Notes: generated from the sequence alone by a model not told the origin. DNA of 64,000 nt from a virus (IMGVR_UViG_3300037453_000171:1-64000), one strand, 5' to 3'; shown: positions 35,718 to 46,605, numbered from the stretch's first letter. A program made the numbers and translations.

Positions 35718-37051
35718 TGGACTTCGAGAAAATCTGTATGATGTTCACGATGCAGGAACCATATTATGGTATCCTGCTTTCGTCCATGGAACGGATTGAA
35801 ACCGACAAGATCAAAACTATGGCGGTAGGACGCTATGGCAATGTCTTCAAGTTGATGTACAATCCGTTATTTGTCTCTCAACTTGATGTTGACACTACGC
35901 TTGAAGCATTGAAACATGAGGTGCTTCATGTTGCGTTCGATCATTTTAATTTGTGGGAAGTAACCGATGTCGATGACGATGAACAGTTTATACGAAATGC
36001 AGCGGCTGACATGGAAGTGAACGGTTATCTTAATATCGCTAATTTCCACGACATAAAACCGGTTCTCGCATCGAGCATGGGTTGGGAAGACAAGCTTGGA
36101 ACGCGTGAGTATTATGACAGGCTTAACCAGGCCAATCAGCAGAAACAACAGCAAGCGCAGGCGCAACAGCCGCAGATGCCTTGTAATGGCGGTAAAGGAG
36201 GTCAGCAAGGACAGCCTCAACCTTCCCAGGGTAATCAGACACAACAGCCCGATAATTCCAACAATCAAGGACAGAATCAGCCTCAACAGAGCAATAATCC
36301 GCAGCCTAATCAGGGTAATGGCATCGACAAGGAACTCGAGCAGAAACTGCAAGGGTTCGATGACCATTCTCAATGGCCCAAGTGCGAGTCTGAAGCAGAA
36401 CGCGAGATGATCCGTCAGGCTGTCGAGGATATGATTGTCTTTGCGGCGGAAGAAGTGGAGAAATCCTGCGGTACTGTTCCGGAAGAAATGCTTGTCAGAG
36501 TCAATGCGATCCGCAAAAGAAAGCCGAAGCCGGTAGCCGATTGGAAGCGTTATTTCAGAAGATATCTGGGCAATGAATTCACGGAACTAATCCGTAAATC
36601 CAAGAAGCGTGAATCCAGAAGGTTTCCTGATGCGGCAGGCAACCGTCATCAGCGAAAATCCCATATTCTTGTCGGTATCGACACTTCTGGTTCTGTTTCT
36701 ATGCCGGAATATAACGAGTTCTTCGGACAGATTGGAACGCTTACTGCGTCCGCTACATTCCATGTGATTGAATGCGACAGCATGATTCACTACGAATACG
36801 ATTTCAAGGGCCATCCGAACCAGACCCTGCACGGCGGAGGAGGAACATCCTTCCAGCCTGTCATAGATGAATTCATCAAGAACAGGAAGAAGTATGATGC
36901 TCTTGTTTATTTCACTGACGGCTATGCGCCTATTCCGAGGAATACCCCGAAGGAAACCTTGTGGGTTATCTCGTCCAATGGCGACAAGGACAGGCAGAAG
37001 TATAAGGTGAACAATGCATCTGTAGTATTTATTCCAAAACAAGAAAAATAA
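35717..37051 (+). CDS. Metallopeptidase-vWA protein (DUF2201-like)
   Basis: KHEVLH, Gln-rich linker, MIDAS IDTSGS, GGGGTSF, YFTDG. Confidence 0.88.
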   Translation: MDFEKICMMFTMQEPYYGILLSSMERIETDKIKTMAVGRYGNVFKLMYNPLFVSQLDVDTTLEALKHEVLHVAFDHFNLWEVTDVDDDEQFIRNAAADMEVNGYLNIANFHDIKPVLASSMGWEDKLGTREYYDRLNQANQQKQQQAQAQQPQMPCNGGKGGQQGQPQPSQGNQTQQPDNSNNQGQNQPQQSNNPQPNQGNGIDKELEQKLQGFDDHSQWPKCESEAEREMIRQAVEDMIVFAAEEVEKSCGTVPEEMLVRVNAIRKRKPKPVADWKRYFRRYLGNEFTELIRKSKKRESRRFPDAAGNRHQRKSHILVGIDTSGSVSMPEYNEFFGQIGTLTASATFHVIECDSMIHYEYDFKGHPNQTLHGGGGTSFQPVIDEFIKNRKKYDALVYFTDGYAPIPRNTPKETLWVISSNGDKDRQKYKVNNASVVFIPKQEK

Positions 37052-37058
37052 AAACATT

Positions 37059-37601
37059 ATGCACGAATGGCATACTAACAACAGTACTAATATTCTCAGC
37101 CTTATCAACGAATTCACCGGATATGAATATGACACGGACTATGCCGGTAGACAACAGGTCGAGAAGGTCAATATAACCAACAACATATTCTCCACCCATG
37201 AGGGAGCCGTGAACTTTGTAACTCGCAAAAGTTATTACAGCGATATGGCTTTTCTGGCTGCGTACACCTCGAAGAAACTGTCGAAAGGTTTCCAGAACGC
37301 CTTTGCCAATTTCCTTGCGAAGTATAACGAGTACATGAATTTCAAGGATAATCTGACCATCGCTTACGGAAGGACTTCGAGCAAGGCGACTTGCCCGGAA
37401 TGCGGTTCTTCCATCAACCTGAAATATGGAAGAAGATTCAAGAATTGTCCCGTATGCGGAAGCAGAAAGATTATTTCCGATTCCAACTGGAAAGCGCTCG
37501 AAACGAAGAAGCGCATGTCGGAGAAGGCTGCGGAGAACTTGAGCAAGGAAGCCGAGAAGAACGGCGTTATGTTTGTTTGCGGATATGAATGGCATTGTTA
37601 A
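37059..37601 (+). CDS. Zinc-ribbon protein
   Basis: CPECG...CPVCG. Confidence 0.65.
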   Translation: MHEWHTNNSTNILSLINEFTGYEYDTDYAGRQQVEKVNITNNIFSTHEGAVNFVTRKSYYSDMAFLAAYTSKKLSKGFQNAFANFLAKYNEYMNFKDNLTIAYGRTSSKATCPECGSSINLKYGRRFKNCPVCGSRKIISDSNWKALETKKRMSEKAAENLSKEAEKNGVMFVCGYEWHC

Positions 37602-37602
37602 T

Positions 37603-37782
37603 ATGACTGCAAAAGTAGGAGACAGAATCAGGATCATTCACATGGAAGATCCGTACGCCCTTCATTACGACGGGCAGGAAGGTATCGTTGAACATATCGA
37701 CGATATCGGTCAGTTACATGGTACATGGGGAGGTCTGGCTATCATCCCCGAAGAAGACGAGTTCGTAATCATCAGCAAGTAA
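37603..37782 (+). CDS. DUF4314-like protein
   Basis: GDRIRIIHMEDP...GIVEHIDDIGQLHGTWGGLAII. Confidence 0.65.
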   Translation: MTAKVGDRIRIIHMEDPYALHYDGQEGIVEHIDDIGQLHGTWGGLAIIPEEDEFVIISK

Positions 37783-38016
37783 ATGGAAAACACCTTGAAA
37801 CAATTACAGGAGTTGCAGCTTGAGGCGCTCCAGAACAACATCACCTATCAACTTTCAATAGGTAACAGTCACATGCGCATTGAGATGTATTATACGAACG
37901 TTTCCGAAGAGATGGTTGACAACCGCAACTTCTCGGCAACATTCAGCAATGACGATTCTCTTGCGGAGATCAAGCTGGAGTGCATCAAGAAATTCATTGA
38001 CGATATAAAGAAGTAA
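37783..38016 (+). CDS. Hypothetical protein
   Basis: 77-aa ORF within the operon. Confidence 0.6.
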   Translation: MENTLKQLQELQLEALQNNITYQLSIGNSHMRIEMYYTNVSEEMVDNRNFSATFSNDDSLAEIKLECIKKFIDDIKK

Positions 38017-38018
38017 TC

Positions 38019-39572
38019 ATGACGAATAATATCAAAATGGACGATGTGAAGCGCCTCGTCAACTACACCATCGACAACAACATGACGCTTCAGGAGAATG
38101 GCGAAGTTCCTATCGCCATTTCCCTTGAAGCCAACGCAGGTATCGGAAAGACTTCTATTCTACGCCAGATCGCAGAAGAGAGAGGGATGAAGGTAACCAA
38201 GCTGGATCTGCATCAGATGGAGGAAGCGGGAGATTAACTTGCTTTTTTGAAAAAGTACTCAAATCACGTGAATCTTGGGAACTCCGCCAACAGACGGAAG
38301 ACCATAATGGAAGCGCTTCGGAAACGGAGTGAACCATCAGAGACTAGTACATACCTTCTGACCGGATGGCGCCGAAGAAGATGAAGTACCACGAGTGCGT
38401 GACATCGCCTTTTGTCTGCCAAGGCTGAACGGGTGATGAAGAGATAGTCCGAACTGCATAGTAATATGCAGAAGCATGGGATAAAGAGCCCTTGCGATAA
38501 CATAATGCTAATCGGTTTCCCGCAAGTAGAGTACGAGTGCCAAGTGGCACAACTTATTAAAACTGAAGATGGTGAAACAAAATTAAAAGTCCTTCCTAAT
38601 ACCGTCTGGTTGAATGCGAAGCAGTTTGATGCTCCGGCTCCCGGAATGAAGTATCGTCAGACCGGTAAAACCAGAATGGGTTATGCTAAGCCCGCATGGG
38701 TCCCGGAATATAACGAGAAGGGAAATCTCGTCATCCTTGATGACTATGTGAGAAGTAACCCGCAGCTCCTGCAGGCTTGTATGGACCTGATTCTGGAACA
38801 GGAATATGTTTCCTGGAAGCTCCCGAAGGGAACCACCATCGCGTTGACCAACAATCCGGATGACGGCACGAACAACGTCAATTCTCTGGATGAAGCCCAG
38901 CGGACCAGATTCATGAACTACACGGTCGACTTCGATCTGGATTCCTGGATGAAGTGGGCCGAATCCGTGGGTATTGACGGTCGCTGCATCAATTTCGTCG
39001 CCTCCTATTCCGGGGAGCTGTTCAACGCGGATGACGAGGGCAATCGCATCTGCAATCCGAGATCCTTCGTCATGTTCGCCAACATGATCAAGGGTATCAA
39101 GGACTGGGATAACCCCGATAGCCTTGCATTCATCTCCATGATTTCCAAGGGATGTTTCAAGGATGAAGGCGGTCGTTTCTCCGCTATGTTCACATCCTTC
39201 ATCCGTAACAAGATGCACCTGCTGATCCAGCCGAAGGACATGCTTCTCGGTGGATGGGATCGTATCAAGAAGATCCTGGAGGATACACTGTACGATTCCA
39301 ACAACCAATATCGCCCGGACATCGCATCCCTGCTGGAGCGCCGTTTCTCCAACTATGTTCTGGCATGGCTGGATTCCAAGGAAGATACTCCTATCTCCAA
39401 GGTGAAGGACAGAATCCTCGATTTCATCGATTGGAAGAGCACCGATCCGAACCGGAAGTTCCTGTTCAACAAGGATCTGTTCTATAAGATGGTCAAGAGC
39501 ATCACTTCCGATCATATCAACCAGACCCGGAAGCTGCTGTTCGAACCGAAGATCGCTAAAATGATTTCCTAA
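38019..39572 (+). CDS. MoxR-like AAA+ ATPase, exons 38019-38234 and 38508-39572 (426 aa spliced)
   Basis: Walker A AGIGKT in exon 1; Walker B ILDD, TNNP and LDEAQRTRF in exon 2; junction reads EEAGD|LIGFP. Confidence 0.85.
38235..38507 (+). mobile_element. Group I intron (273 nt, no ORF)
   Basis: Exon ends in U and the intron ends in G; R CAGAGACTAG, S AAGAGATAGTCC, P3 TCACG/CGTGA; removal restores the reading frame and motif. Confidence 0.87.
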
Positions 39573-40645
39573 TGATTCCTAATGTAATTCATTACGTCAA
39601 CGCTTCTGCCGCCGTATACAGATACGATGTACTGCATTCCAATTTCCTTTACTATGGTGCGAAGTTCAATCCGATCGCGTATACTACCGGCAAGGATCTG
39701 TATGTTTCGGACAACGATTGGAATAAGCCACATCGAATGATAGAGAGCAACAGCTGGGTGCATATAAGTGCCAACAATGCACCCAAGCTGTTCATTTCTT
39801 CGGCCTGTAAACTCCCCCGTGATCTGGTACGGAATTCCGGATACCAGATCACCCGGGATAAGGATAAAGCGGATTTCATCATTATTCCCAACTGCAACGC
39901 TGCGAAGATTGCAACATATAAATACAATCTTGCGTTCAAGCGTGACGGATCGGATGACATCAATCTGATAGTCATCAACAGGACCGATGGTGGAAACAAG
40001 TTTTCCGAAGATGATGTAAACATCATTCTTAATAACGTAAAGGATAATGAGGGTGATGTTGAATTCTTCTACAGGAATAATTTAGAACCGTTCTACTGTT
40101 CTTTCCTTCCGAAGTGCGACGAATACGTGGAGATATATGAGAATATCCTTTCGAATAAATCTACGCTCAAGTATGTCCGAGACAACATGATGCAGCTTAC
40201 CGGCTCGAATACGATATCTATCGAAACGCTTGAAGTATGGAGCAGAATAGGAGACAGGCAAGTTCTGGAGAAGTCGGTCATCAACAGCGACTGGTCAAAA
40301 TATCCGTGCACCATGGCTGTCTTTCTCGCTGCAGAACAGTCCATCTACTGCAATTATGCAAGCGGACAATGGAAGTGGTTGTTGAATCAGATCGAGTATT
40401 CTAAATTCGACACATACAGATCGCTTGATGATCGGGTCATCACTCCGGAAGATTGGAATATGCTCCAGAAATGGATTATGTACAAGCTCGGTCTTCCGGA
40501 GAATGGCGGCTATCTCAATCTGAACATAAGCAATATAGATCCGAATTATCGTCCGTTTATCCGCACCAGGGTTTGCTGCATGCCGTATAAGATCTCGGAA
40601 GAGATGACATTCGATAATATTGCGGCAGCTGCACAAAATTCCTGA
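39572..40645 (+). CDS. Hypothetical protein, paralog of 41904..42932
   Basis: Shared motifs CKLPRDLVR..YQITRDKDKAD and DWSKYPCT. Confidence 0.75.
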   Translation: MIPNVIHYVNASAAVYRYDVLHSNFLYYGAKFNPIAYTTGKDLYVSDNDWNKPHRMIESNSWVHISANNAPKLFISSACKLPRDLVRNSGYQITRDKDKADFIIIPNCNAAKIATYKYNLAFKRDGSDDINLIVINRTDGGNKFSEDDVNIILNNVKDNEGDVEFFYRNNLEPFYCSFLPKCDEYVEIYENILSNKSTLKYVRDNMMQLTGSNTISIETLEVWSRIGDRQVLEKSVINSDWSKYPCTMAVFLAAEQSIYCNYASGQWKWLLNQIEYSKFDTYRSLDDRVITPEDWNMLQKWIMYKLGLPENGGYLNLNISNIDPNYRPFIRTRVCCMPYKISEEMTFDNIAAAAQNS

Positions 40646-40875
40646 CAGCCTGTTGTAAATTATTAACATTTTTGTTATATTTGCTGTGAACTAATCACTT
40701 ACGGTAAATGTATTTCACCAAACATAAAGGGAAGCCAGCGATGCGATATCGCGGGGAGGGTTCGGCGCGTCTGCCAGATTCTTAGTCTTTCTAGTCATGT
40801 CATTGGGTTGTTTAATTCTATACTATCTTCAACACCTTCGGCTTCCCTTTTTCTTTTAACAAAACACCAAGCAAT

Positions 40876-41904
40876 ATGAAACACTCATTAAAGGATTATT
40901 CACTTAATCTTCCGGAGCAGGAATATCACGACAGACCATCCTGGTCCTATTCCGTCATCGCAAAGTATGCACGGAACGGATTTGACGCCATATCTACGCT
41001 TCATGATAAGGTAGTACAGACTCCCTCGATGGCTTTCGGCTCGCTCCTCGATAGTATCCTGACGAAAGGAAAGAAGACGCTGGATGAATATGCTGTGGTT
41101 GATTTCAATGTTCCTGATGCGGAAAAGAAGGTACTTGACGCACTCCGCGCCGTTCCTTCGGCTCCGGCGAAATTCGAGGATATCAAGATGGATGATTTCT
41201 TGATCGTATCCGATTCCGTAAGCTATCAGATGAGGCTGAAGCCGGAAACAAGATATTCCAAAGTATCTGCGTTCAGCAACTACTACGATACGATGATGTC
41301 CGGAAAGAAAGTTGTTTCTACGGCTGACTGGAACGATGCAGTTGAGATGGCTAAGATTTTCCGAAGCGATCCGTACCTGAAGACGCTGTTCGGAACCGTA
41401 AATACTGGAGATATCGAATATATCTACCAGGCACAGTTCGAAGCATCATGGGTGATCGAAGGAGAAATTGTCACGACCAAGATTATGCCGGACCTGATGG
41501 TGGTGAATCATAAGGACAAGACCATCCGTTTGGTTGATCTGAAGACCAGCTCCGTTCCTGCATATAACTTCTCTGAGAACTTCCTGAAGTATCGTTATGA
41601 TATCCAGGGCGAACTGTATTCCGATGTGGTGAAGAAGATCATTTACGCCGATCCGTATTACAGTGATTTCACGGTCCTTCCGTATCTGTTCACCGATATA
41701 TCCCGTTCCGATATGGTTCCGGTAACCTACGAGATCGATCTGTCCAACGGTTTCTCCTTCAGCAAAGGAGATAAGGTATATCAATACAAAGATTGGAAGC
41801 AGTGCCTTGCCGAGATCCTCGTATATGAGGCGGAAGAGGCAAAGGTTCCGAATTATATCACCACGGAAGGTCCGAATGATCTTCTCGATATTCTTTCCCG
41901 GTAA
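40876..41904 (+). CDS. PD-(D/E)XK exonuclease (RecE/ExoVIII-like)
   Basis: SWSYS, FGSLLD, YQ...KIMPD...VDLKT, YDIQGELY. Confidence 0.8.
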   Translation: MKHSLKDYSLNLPEQEYHDRPSWSYSVIAKYARNGFDAISTLHDKVVQTPSMAFGSLLDSILTKGKKTLDEYAVVDFNVPDAEKKVLDALRAVPSAPAKFEDIKMDDFLIVSDSVSYQMRLKPETRYSKVSAFSNYYDTMMSGKKVVSTADWNDAVEMAKIFRSDPYLKTLFGTVNTGDIEYIYQAQFEASWVIEGEIVTTKIMPDLMVVNHKDKTIRLVDLKTSSVPAYNFSENFLKYRYDIQGELYSDVVKKIIYADPYYSDFTVLPYLFTDISRSDMVPVTYEIDLSNGFSFSKGDKVYQYKDWKQCLAEILVYEAEEAKVPNYITTEGPNDLLDILSR

Positions 41905-42932
41905 TGAAGCTATACATTGAATATGATGGAGTGCAGTATTACGATTATGATCTGCACTTCATCAATCCTCCATATTGGGTAGAAAAAATGCCAGTTGTCA
42001 TTGACGATAATGTGCTTTGTAAACTTCGCACAATGATTTCTTCGTTGAAAAGCAATAACAAGTTGGCAAAAGGTAGTGAAATCTGTGTTATTCCAGATTG
42101 TAAGTACAACCTGGAAGATGTCAGGAAGAACTACAAGATAAAGAGAGGACATGATAAAGGAGATGCCAATGTCTTTTCTGAAGAAACGATCGGCAAGTTA
42201 CATTGTACTACATCTGTTATGCTTGCCGTTATCCCTTCATGTAGGGCGGCTGTAACTAACTTTTACTTTCGAGATCATGCTGATTTCATATCCGAAATCC
42301 ATGCGCTGTTTCCAACAGTTAAGGATAATGAAATCATTCGTGTGAAAATTCAGAACGCTGCCTTCTATACCGTTACCGCCTGCAATCTCCCCGAAGCCTA
42401 CCTGAAACTCCTGACGGGTCAGCTGACGAAACCGTGCGTCCACATAGACGATCTCGACCTGAACACCGGAGAGGAACTGACGGTCGACTCCCTCCACATC
42501 GTCTACAAGCTGTGTTCGGAGGAACACAAAGGTTCATATCTTCCCGACGGATGGGACGAGAAGCTGAAGATCCAGCTGGCTGCTTTGAATAACCTCGACT
42601 GGCGGAAGTATCCCGGGACGATAGATGTACTGATGAACGGTTTCGAATGGAAGCGGGATTCGGTCATGTACCAGATGAGATGCAACTCGTCGAGGTATCC
42701 GAAGAACGTGAGGAACCTTCTCCGTTTCCATGCCGACGGTTTCGCGTCGAAGGAGGACCTTGACCTCGCCTGCGGTTTCGTCAGGACGGTGATGAAGGTG
42801 GAGGGCGTGCAGTTTACCAGCCTGGGCGATATTTGGAAGAAGATGGAGGACAGCCGCCTGAATCCGCTGACTTTCCTGAAGCTGTTCGACAACATGGTCC
42901 GCCTGAAGGACAAGGAGTGGAAGGATGAGTAG
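41904..42932 (+). CDS. Hypothetical protein, paralog of 39572..40645
   Basis: CKYNLEDVR.NYKIKRGHDKGD and DWRKYPGT. Confidence 0.75.
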   Translation: MKLYIEYDGVQYYDYDLHFINPPYWVEKMPVVIDDNVLCKLRTMISSLKSNNKLAKGSEICVIPDCKYNLEDVRKNYKIKRGHDKGDANVFSEETIGKLHCTTSVMLAVIPSCRAAVTNFYFRDHADFISEIHALFPTVKDNEIIRVKIQNAAFYTVTACNLPEAYLKLLTGQLTKPCVHIDDLDLNTGEELTVDSLHIVYKLCSEEHKGSYLPDGWDEKLKIQLAALNNLDWRKYPGTIDVLMNGFEWKRDSVMYQMRCNSSRYPKNVRNLLRFHADGFASKEDLDLACGFVRTVMKVEGVQFTSLGDIWKKMEDSRLNPLTFLKLFDNMVRLKDKEWKDE

Positions 42933-43377
42933 GATGACGATACCGCTGTATTACTGCAAGTCCCGGGTTCCGCTGGTGATGTTCCGGATGTCTGACGGAC
43001 AAGTCCATGTCGGCATAGTCGATACGGGTTCGGAGGTCAGCATGTTCGACGCTTCGTTGATCGGACAAGGGATGCGCGTCATAGACGATGAAAAGATGAC
43101 GAATTTCGTCGGAGTGAACGGAGATGGCGGGACGAGCAAGGTGACGCAGCTTGAAGGAACCATCGGCTTGAAATCGAAGGACGGTGAACTTCATGATGTT
43201 CCGGTTTCCGGCGTAACCTATGATTTCACGAATCTCACGGCTGTATTCAGGAACAGGATCAAGAAAAATATTACGATATCCGCGATTCTTGGCGCTGACT
43301 TCCTGAAGGAATATAATGCGAAGATAGATTTCAAGAACAAGACTTTGACGATAGACTATGAACAAGCAGCTGATTAA
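42925..43377 (+). CDS. Retropepsin-like aspartyl protease
   Basis: IVDTGS catalytic motif and ILGADFL. Confidence 0.85.
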   Translation: MSRMTIPLYYCKSRVPLVMFRMSDGQVHVGIVDTGSEVSMFDASLIGQGMRVIDDEKMTNFVGVNGDGGTSKVTQLEGTIGLKSKDGELHDVPVSGVTYDFTNLTAVFRNRIKKNITISAILGADFLKEYNAKIDFKNKTLTIDYEQAAD

Positions 43378-43567
43378 AATCAAGTATATCAAGAAACAGA
43401 TCCTGTCCAAGAACTACAGGGAGTATCGCGCCGATGTGATGAATGACAAAGTTCATTACTGGATCGATTCCTATAATCATGCAACCATGGAACGGACAAG
43501 ACAGTTCTGCAATACCATGATTGACATGTATTTGAAACGGTATGGTTATTATTGCAAGACGAGATGA
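43358..43567 (+). CDS. Hypothetical protein
   Basis: 69-aa ORF. Confidence 0.5.
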   Translation: MNKQLIKIKYIKKQILSKNYREYRADVMNDKVHYWIDSYNHATMERTRQFCNTMIDMYLKRYGYYCKTR

Positions 43568-43735
43568 ATTTGAAGGAATATCTACGAAGAGAGTTTACAT
43601 ACAACACAATTCCGAAGTATTACAAATACTTTGAGGAGTGGTTTGATAACTTGACGGAAGAACAAAAGTTATACTACGAATGTTATATGAACGGGCAGAA
43701 ATCCCCGTTCACTTCCGGCCCCAATTGATTGACTT

Positions 43736-44083
43736 ATGGACTACGAGCAGAAATACAACGAGGCCAATAAGATATATCACTTGTGTTTCAAGGAGAGCAT
43801 GATTCCTCAGAGTTTTCAAAGTCATAATCTTCTTCTCCATAAGGCGGGAGCGATTATATCGCTTAAATATCGTCGTGGGCCTCTCGTGGATTTGCGTGAC
43901 ACATATCTGGTATTCTGGCACGAAGAAGGCAAGGTCTGGTGTTCCCGCGTAAACACGAGACTTTACGGTCTTGACTGGCAGTTCTTCAAGGATGGACACG
44001 AGATGGTCGAGTGCAAGGACTGGGAGGAACTGACCGGGAAACTGAAAGAATTTAACGAGAAAGGATATTGCTATGGGAATTGA
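43736..44083 (+). CDS. Hypothetical protein
   Basis: 115-aa ORF. Confidence 0.6.
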   Translation: MDYEQKYNEANKIYHLCFKESMIPQSFQSHNLLLHKAGAIISLKYRRGPLVDLRDTYLVFWHEEGKVWCSRVNTRLYGLDWQFFKDGHEMVECKDWEELTGKLKEFNEKGYCYGN

Positions 44084-44840
44084 ACAAAAAGCAAAAGCCT
44101 ACGATGAGGCTCTTAAAAAAGCAAGAATGTATCGTGACAATGCAAAGGCAGTTGAAGAATATGCTGCTGTTGCGAGATATGAAAATATTTTCCCCGAACT
44201 CCGCGAGAGCGAGGACGAGAGGATAAGGAAATGTCTCGCTGATTGCGTGAGTTGGTTTGGCGAAGATAGTGATTTCTTTGCCAAGCATAATTTAACAAAA
44301 GTGCAAGTTCTCGCCTACCTCAAAAAGCAGAAAGAGCAGAAGCCTACGCTTGTTGATAAGTTGCGTTCAGTATCAACTCCCGCCGAAGAAAATTGGTTTG
44401 AAATCCAAAAGAAATGGGAGAAGGAAGATGAGCAGAAGCCCGCAGAGTGGAGCGAGGAGGATGAGAAGATGCTGAATCAAATCCTTGGCGACCTTGAATG
44501 GGCCAGACTTAAAGCAATTCACATTGAAGATAAGAATAGGATTCCGTATGAGAAAAAATCTGCTTGGCTCAAATCCCTCCGTCCCCAACCAGACAAATGC
44601 AATGGTTGTTCCCAGCACCTTGACGGATATATCTCCGGAAGACGCGATGCTGAAAACAAGTTGCTTGCAGACTATGGTATCTTGATTATGCCAGACCACG
44701 AACTGCGGATGAAACCAAGATGGAATCCCAGCGAGGAGCAGATGGAAGCGCTTGCCGATGCTATCGAAGATATGCCAGAATATTACAAGCCGAAATGTAC
44801 GCTTGAAACATTACTCCATGAACTCAATAAACTACTGTAA
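44073..44840 (+). CDS. Modular hypothetical protein
   Basis: FPELRESEDERIRK, EQKPAEWSEEDE and WNPSEEQMEAL modules. Confidence 0.7.
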   Translation: MGIEQKAKAYDEALKKARMYRDNAKAVEEYAAVARYENIFPELRESEDERIRKCLADCVSWFGEDSDFFAKHNLTKVQVLAYLKKQKEQKPTLVDKLRSVSTPAEENWFEIQKKWEKEDEQKPAEWSEEDEKMLNQILGDLEWARLKAIHIEDKNRIPYEKKSAWLKSLRPQPDKCNGCSQHLDGYISGRRDAENKLLADYGILIMPDHELRMKPRWNPSEEQMEALADAIEDMPEYYKPKCTLETLLHELNKLL

Positions 44841-44972
44841 ATAATGAAAGAAGAAGATTTCAAAGCCTTGCGTAACTGGCTTGTAGAACACGGATATTAT
44901 GTTGGAAATCACGCAGTAGCGGAGGCGCTACGGAAACTTGCCGACGCTTGGGATGATTAAACTGAAAAGCCT

Positions 44973-45581
44973 ATGACAACCATCGAAAAGATACGGGCCG
45001 AGATTCTCCGGCTAATTTGCCCCTATGAAACTATGGCTGAAGTGATAGCATATAAAGAAGCCATCGATGATGTTACACTCATCCTCGACACCCTTGAAGA
45101 ACCCGTCTGCGATGACAAAAAAGATTTATTTCCAAGTGATGAGTTGGAATTGGAAATCATACGGTGGATGAGTGACGAACTAAAACAGTCACCGCAGTTC
45201 CTGGAAATACCAATGACAGCCCGCCACTTCGCAGAATGGCAGAAAGCCCAAGATGACAAGATGGTTGACATCATCTACCAGCAAGGTATAGAAAAGGGGA
45301 AGGATGAAATGCGTGAACAGCAACCCGCCTGCGAGGATCTGGAAAAAGAGGCGGTAAGTTACTGCTTTGACAACGGACTAAACCTTTCTCCCAGAGTTGC
45401 AACTGACTTTGCCCGTCACTTTGCAAATTGGCAGAAGGAGCAGATGATGAAGGAGGCGGTGGAAGGAGAGTATGATTGCCAGTATGCAACTCCGGCTGTA
45501 TTTCTGGACAAATATCTCGACGATGTTAAGGATGGCGACAAGGTTCGCATCATCATTTTACCGAAGGAGGACGAAGAATGA
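44973..45581 (+). CDS. Hypothetical protein with internal repeat
   Basis: ARHFAEWQK / ARHFANWQK duplication. Confidence 0.7.
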   Translation: MTTIEKIRAEILRLICPYETMAEVIAYKEAIDDVTLILDTLEEPVCDDKKDLFPSDELELEIIRWMSDELKQSPQFLEIPMTARHFAEWQKAQDDKMVDIIYQQGIEKGKDEMREQQPACEDLEKEAVSYCFDNGLNLSPRVATDFARHFANWQKEQMMKEAVEGEYDCQYATPAVFLDKYLDDVKDGDKVRIIILPKEDEE

Positions 45582-45829
45582 AACTGACAAAAGAAGACTA
45601 CATGAGACTGCCCAAGGAACGGCTTGCGGAACTTTTGGTAGAATTGCAGGAGACTCCGACCATCACTACACCAGACCCGTCGCCGATGCCTTATACTCCG
45701 CCGCCTTCTATTCCTTATGACCCGTGGAGAAATCCTTATAATCCATATCCGTATGGCCCAACTATTACCTACGCAGATTCTCCGAATACCAACGAGACGA
45801 AAGGAGACGATAATCTACACGCGTATTAG
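45578..45829 (+). CDS. Pro-rich hypothetical protein
   Basis: 83-aa ORF. Confidence 0.55.
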   Translation: MKLTKEDYMRLPKERLAELLVELQETPTITTPDPSPMPYTPPPSIPYDPWRNPYNPYPYGPTITYADSPNTNETKGDDNLHAY

Positions 45830-46158
45830 GAGGATGAAATATGACACTTGCAGAATTAATCGGGAAAGTCACGGCTATCCAGAATCAATTCAATTCAAGT
45901 AATATCAAAATCTACCACGGAGATCAAGAGGTGTGGTTTGACCTTGATGTTGTTTCACCAAGAAGTATGACAGATCCTTGGAAAATCAAAATCATAAACT
46001 ATCGGGAGGACGAGAAATGAAAGACATTGATCTCTGTCCAGGAACAAACTGTCCGCTTGCATCTACCTGCCTTCGCGCTATCTGGTATGACGAACACGAC
46101 AAGAACTTGCCGTATAGATGGGAGATAGATCCGCCGGAAAAACCTTGTAAGTTATTTA

Positions 46159-46605
46159 TTGCCAGAGAATACTATGGCGGATGACATCCTACAGGAAGCA
46201 TTGGCTTTACCTCCGAACAGAAGGGCTAACCTGATCGCGGAGATAAGAAACAGTATCGAACAGGAACGGATTCAGCGGTATGAAACGGTAAAATCTATCG
46301 TTGAATCTGTTGTCTGCCATAAGATAACCGACAGCAGGAAGCGAATGAATGTACGGTGCAGGATGTTCATCTGCTATATAATGCGGAAAGACGGATACAC
46401 GCTCGAGGAAATCGGGAAACTGATGAAGAAGAATCATGTAACCGTTCTGTACAGCATAAGAAGAATGGAAGATATGCTGTCGTTGCCAAGATTATATAAG
46501 GAGGAAATCGAACAACTAAAACAAATAGAAGAACTGGTCTATGAAACTGAAATTCAAGAAACTGACGCCGGATGCGGTGATGCCGATGAAGGCGCATCCG
46601 AGTGA
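46159..46605 (+). CDS. DnaA C-terminal-like HTH protein
   Basis: RMFICYIMR..GYTLEEIGKLMKKNHVTVLYS. Confidence 0.7.
   Translation: MPENTMADDILQEALALPPNRRANLIAEIRNSIEQERIQRYETVKSIVESVVCHKITDSRKRMNVRCRMFICYIMRKDGYTLEEIGKLMKKNHVTVLYSIRRMEDMLSLPRLYKEEIEQLKQIEELVYETEIQETDAGCGDADEGASE

Noticed and set aside
38466-38507. Independent start MQKHGIKSP for the 368-aa ORF, or a MoxR pseudogene
   Set aside because: These codons lie inside the intron; splicing explains the split.
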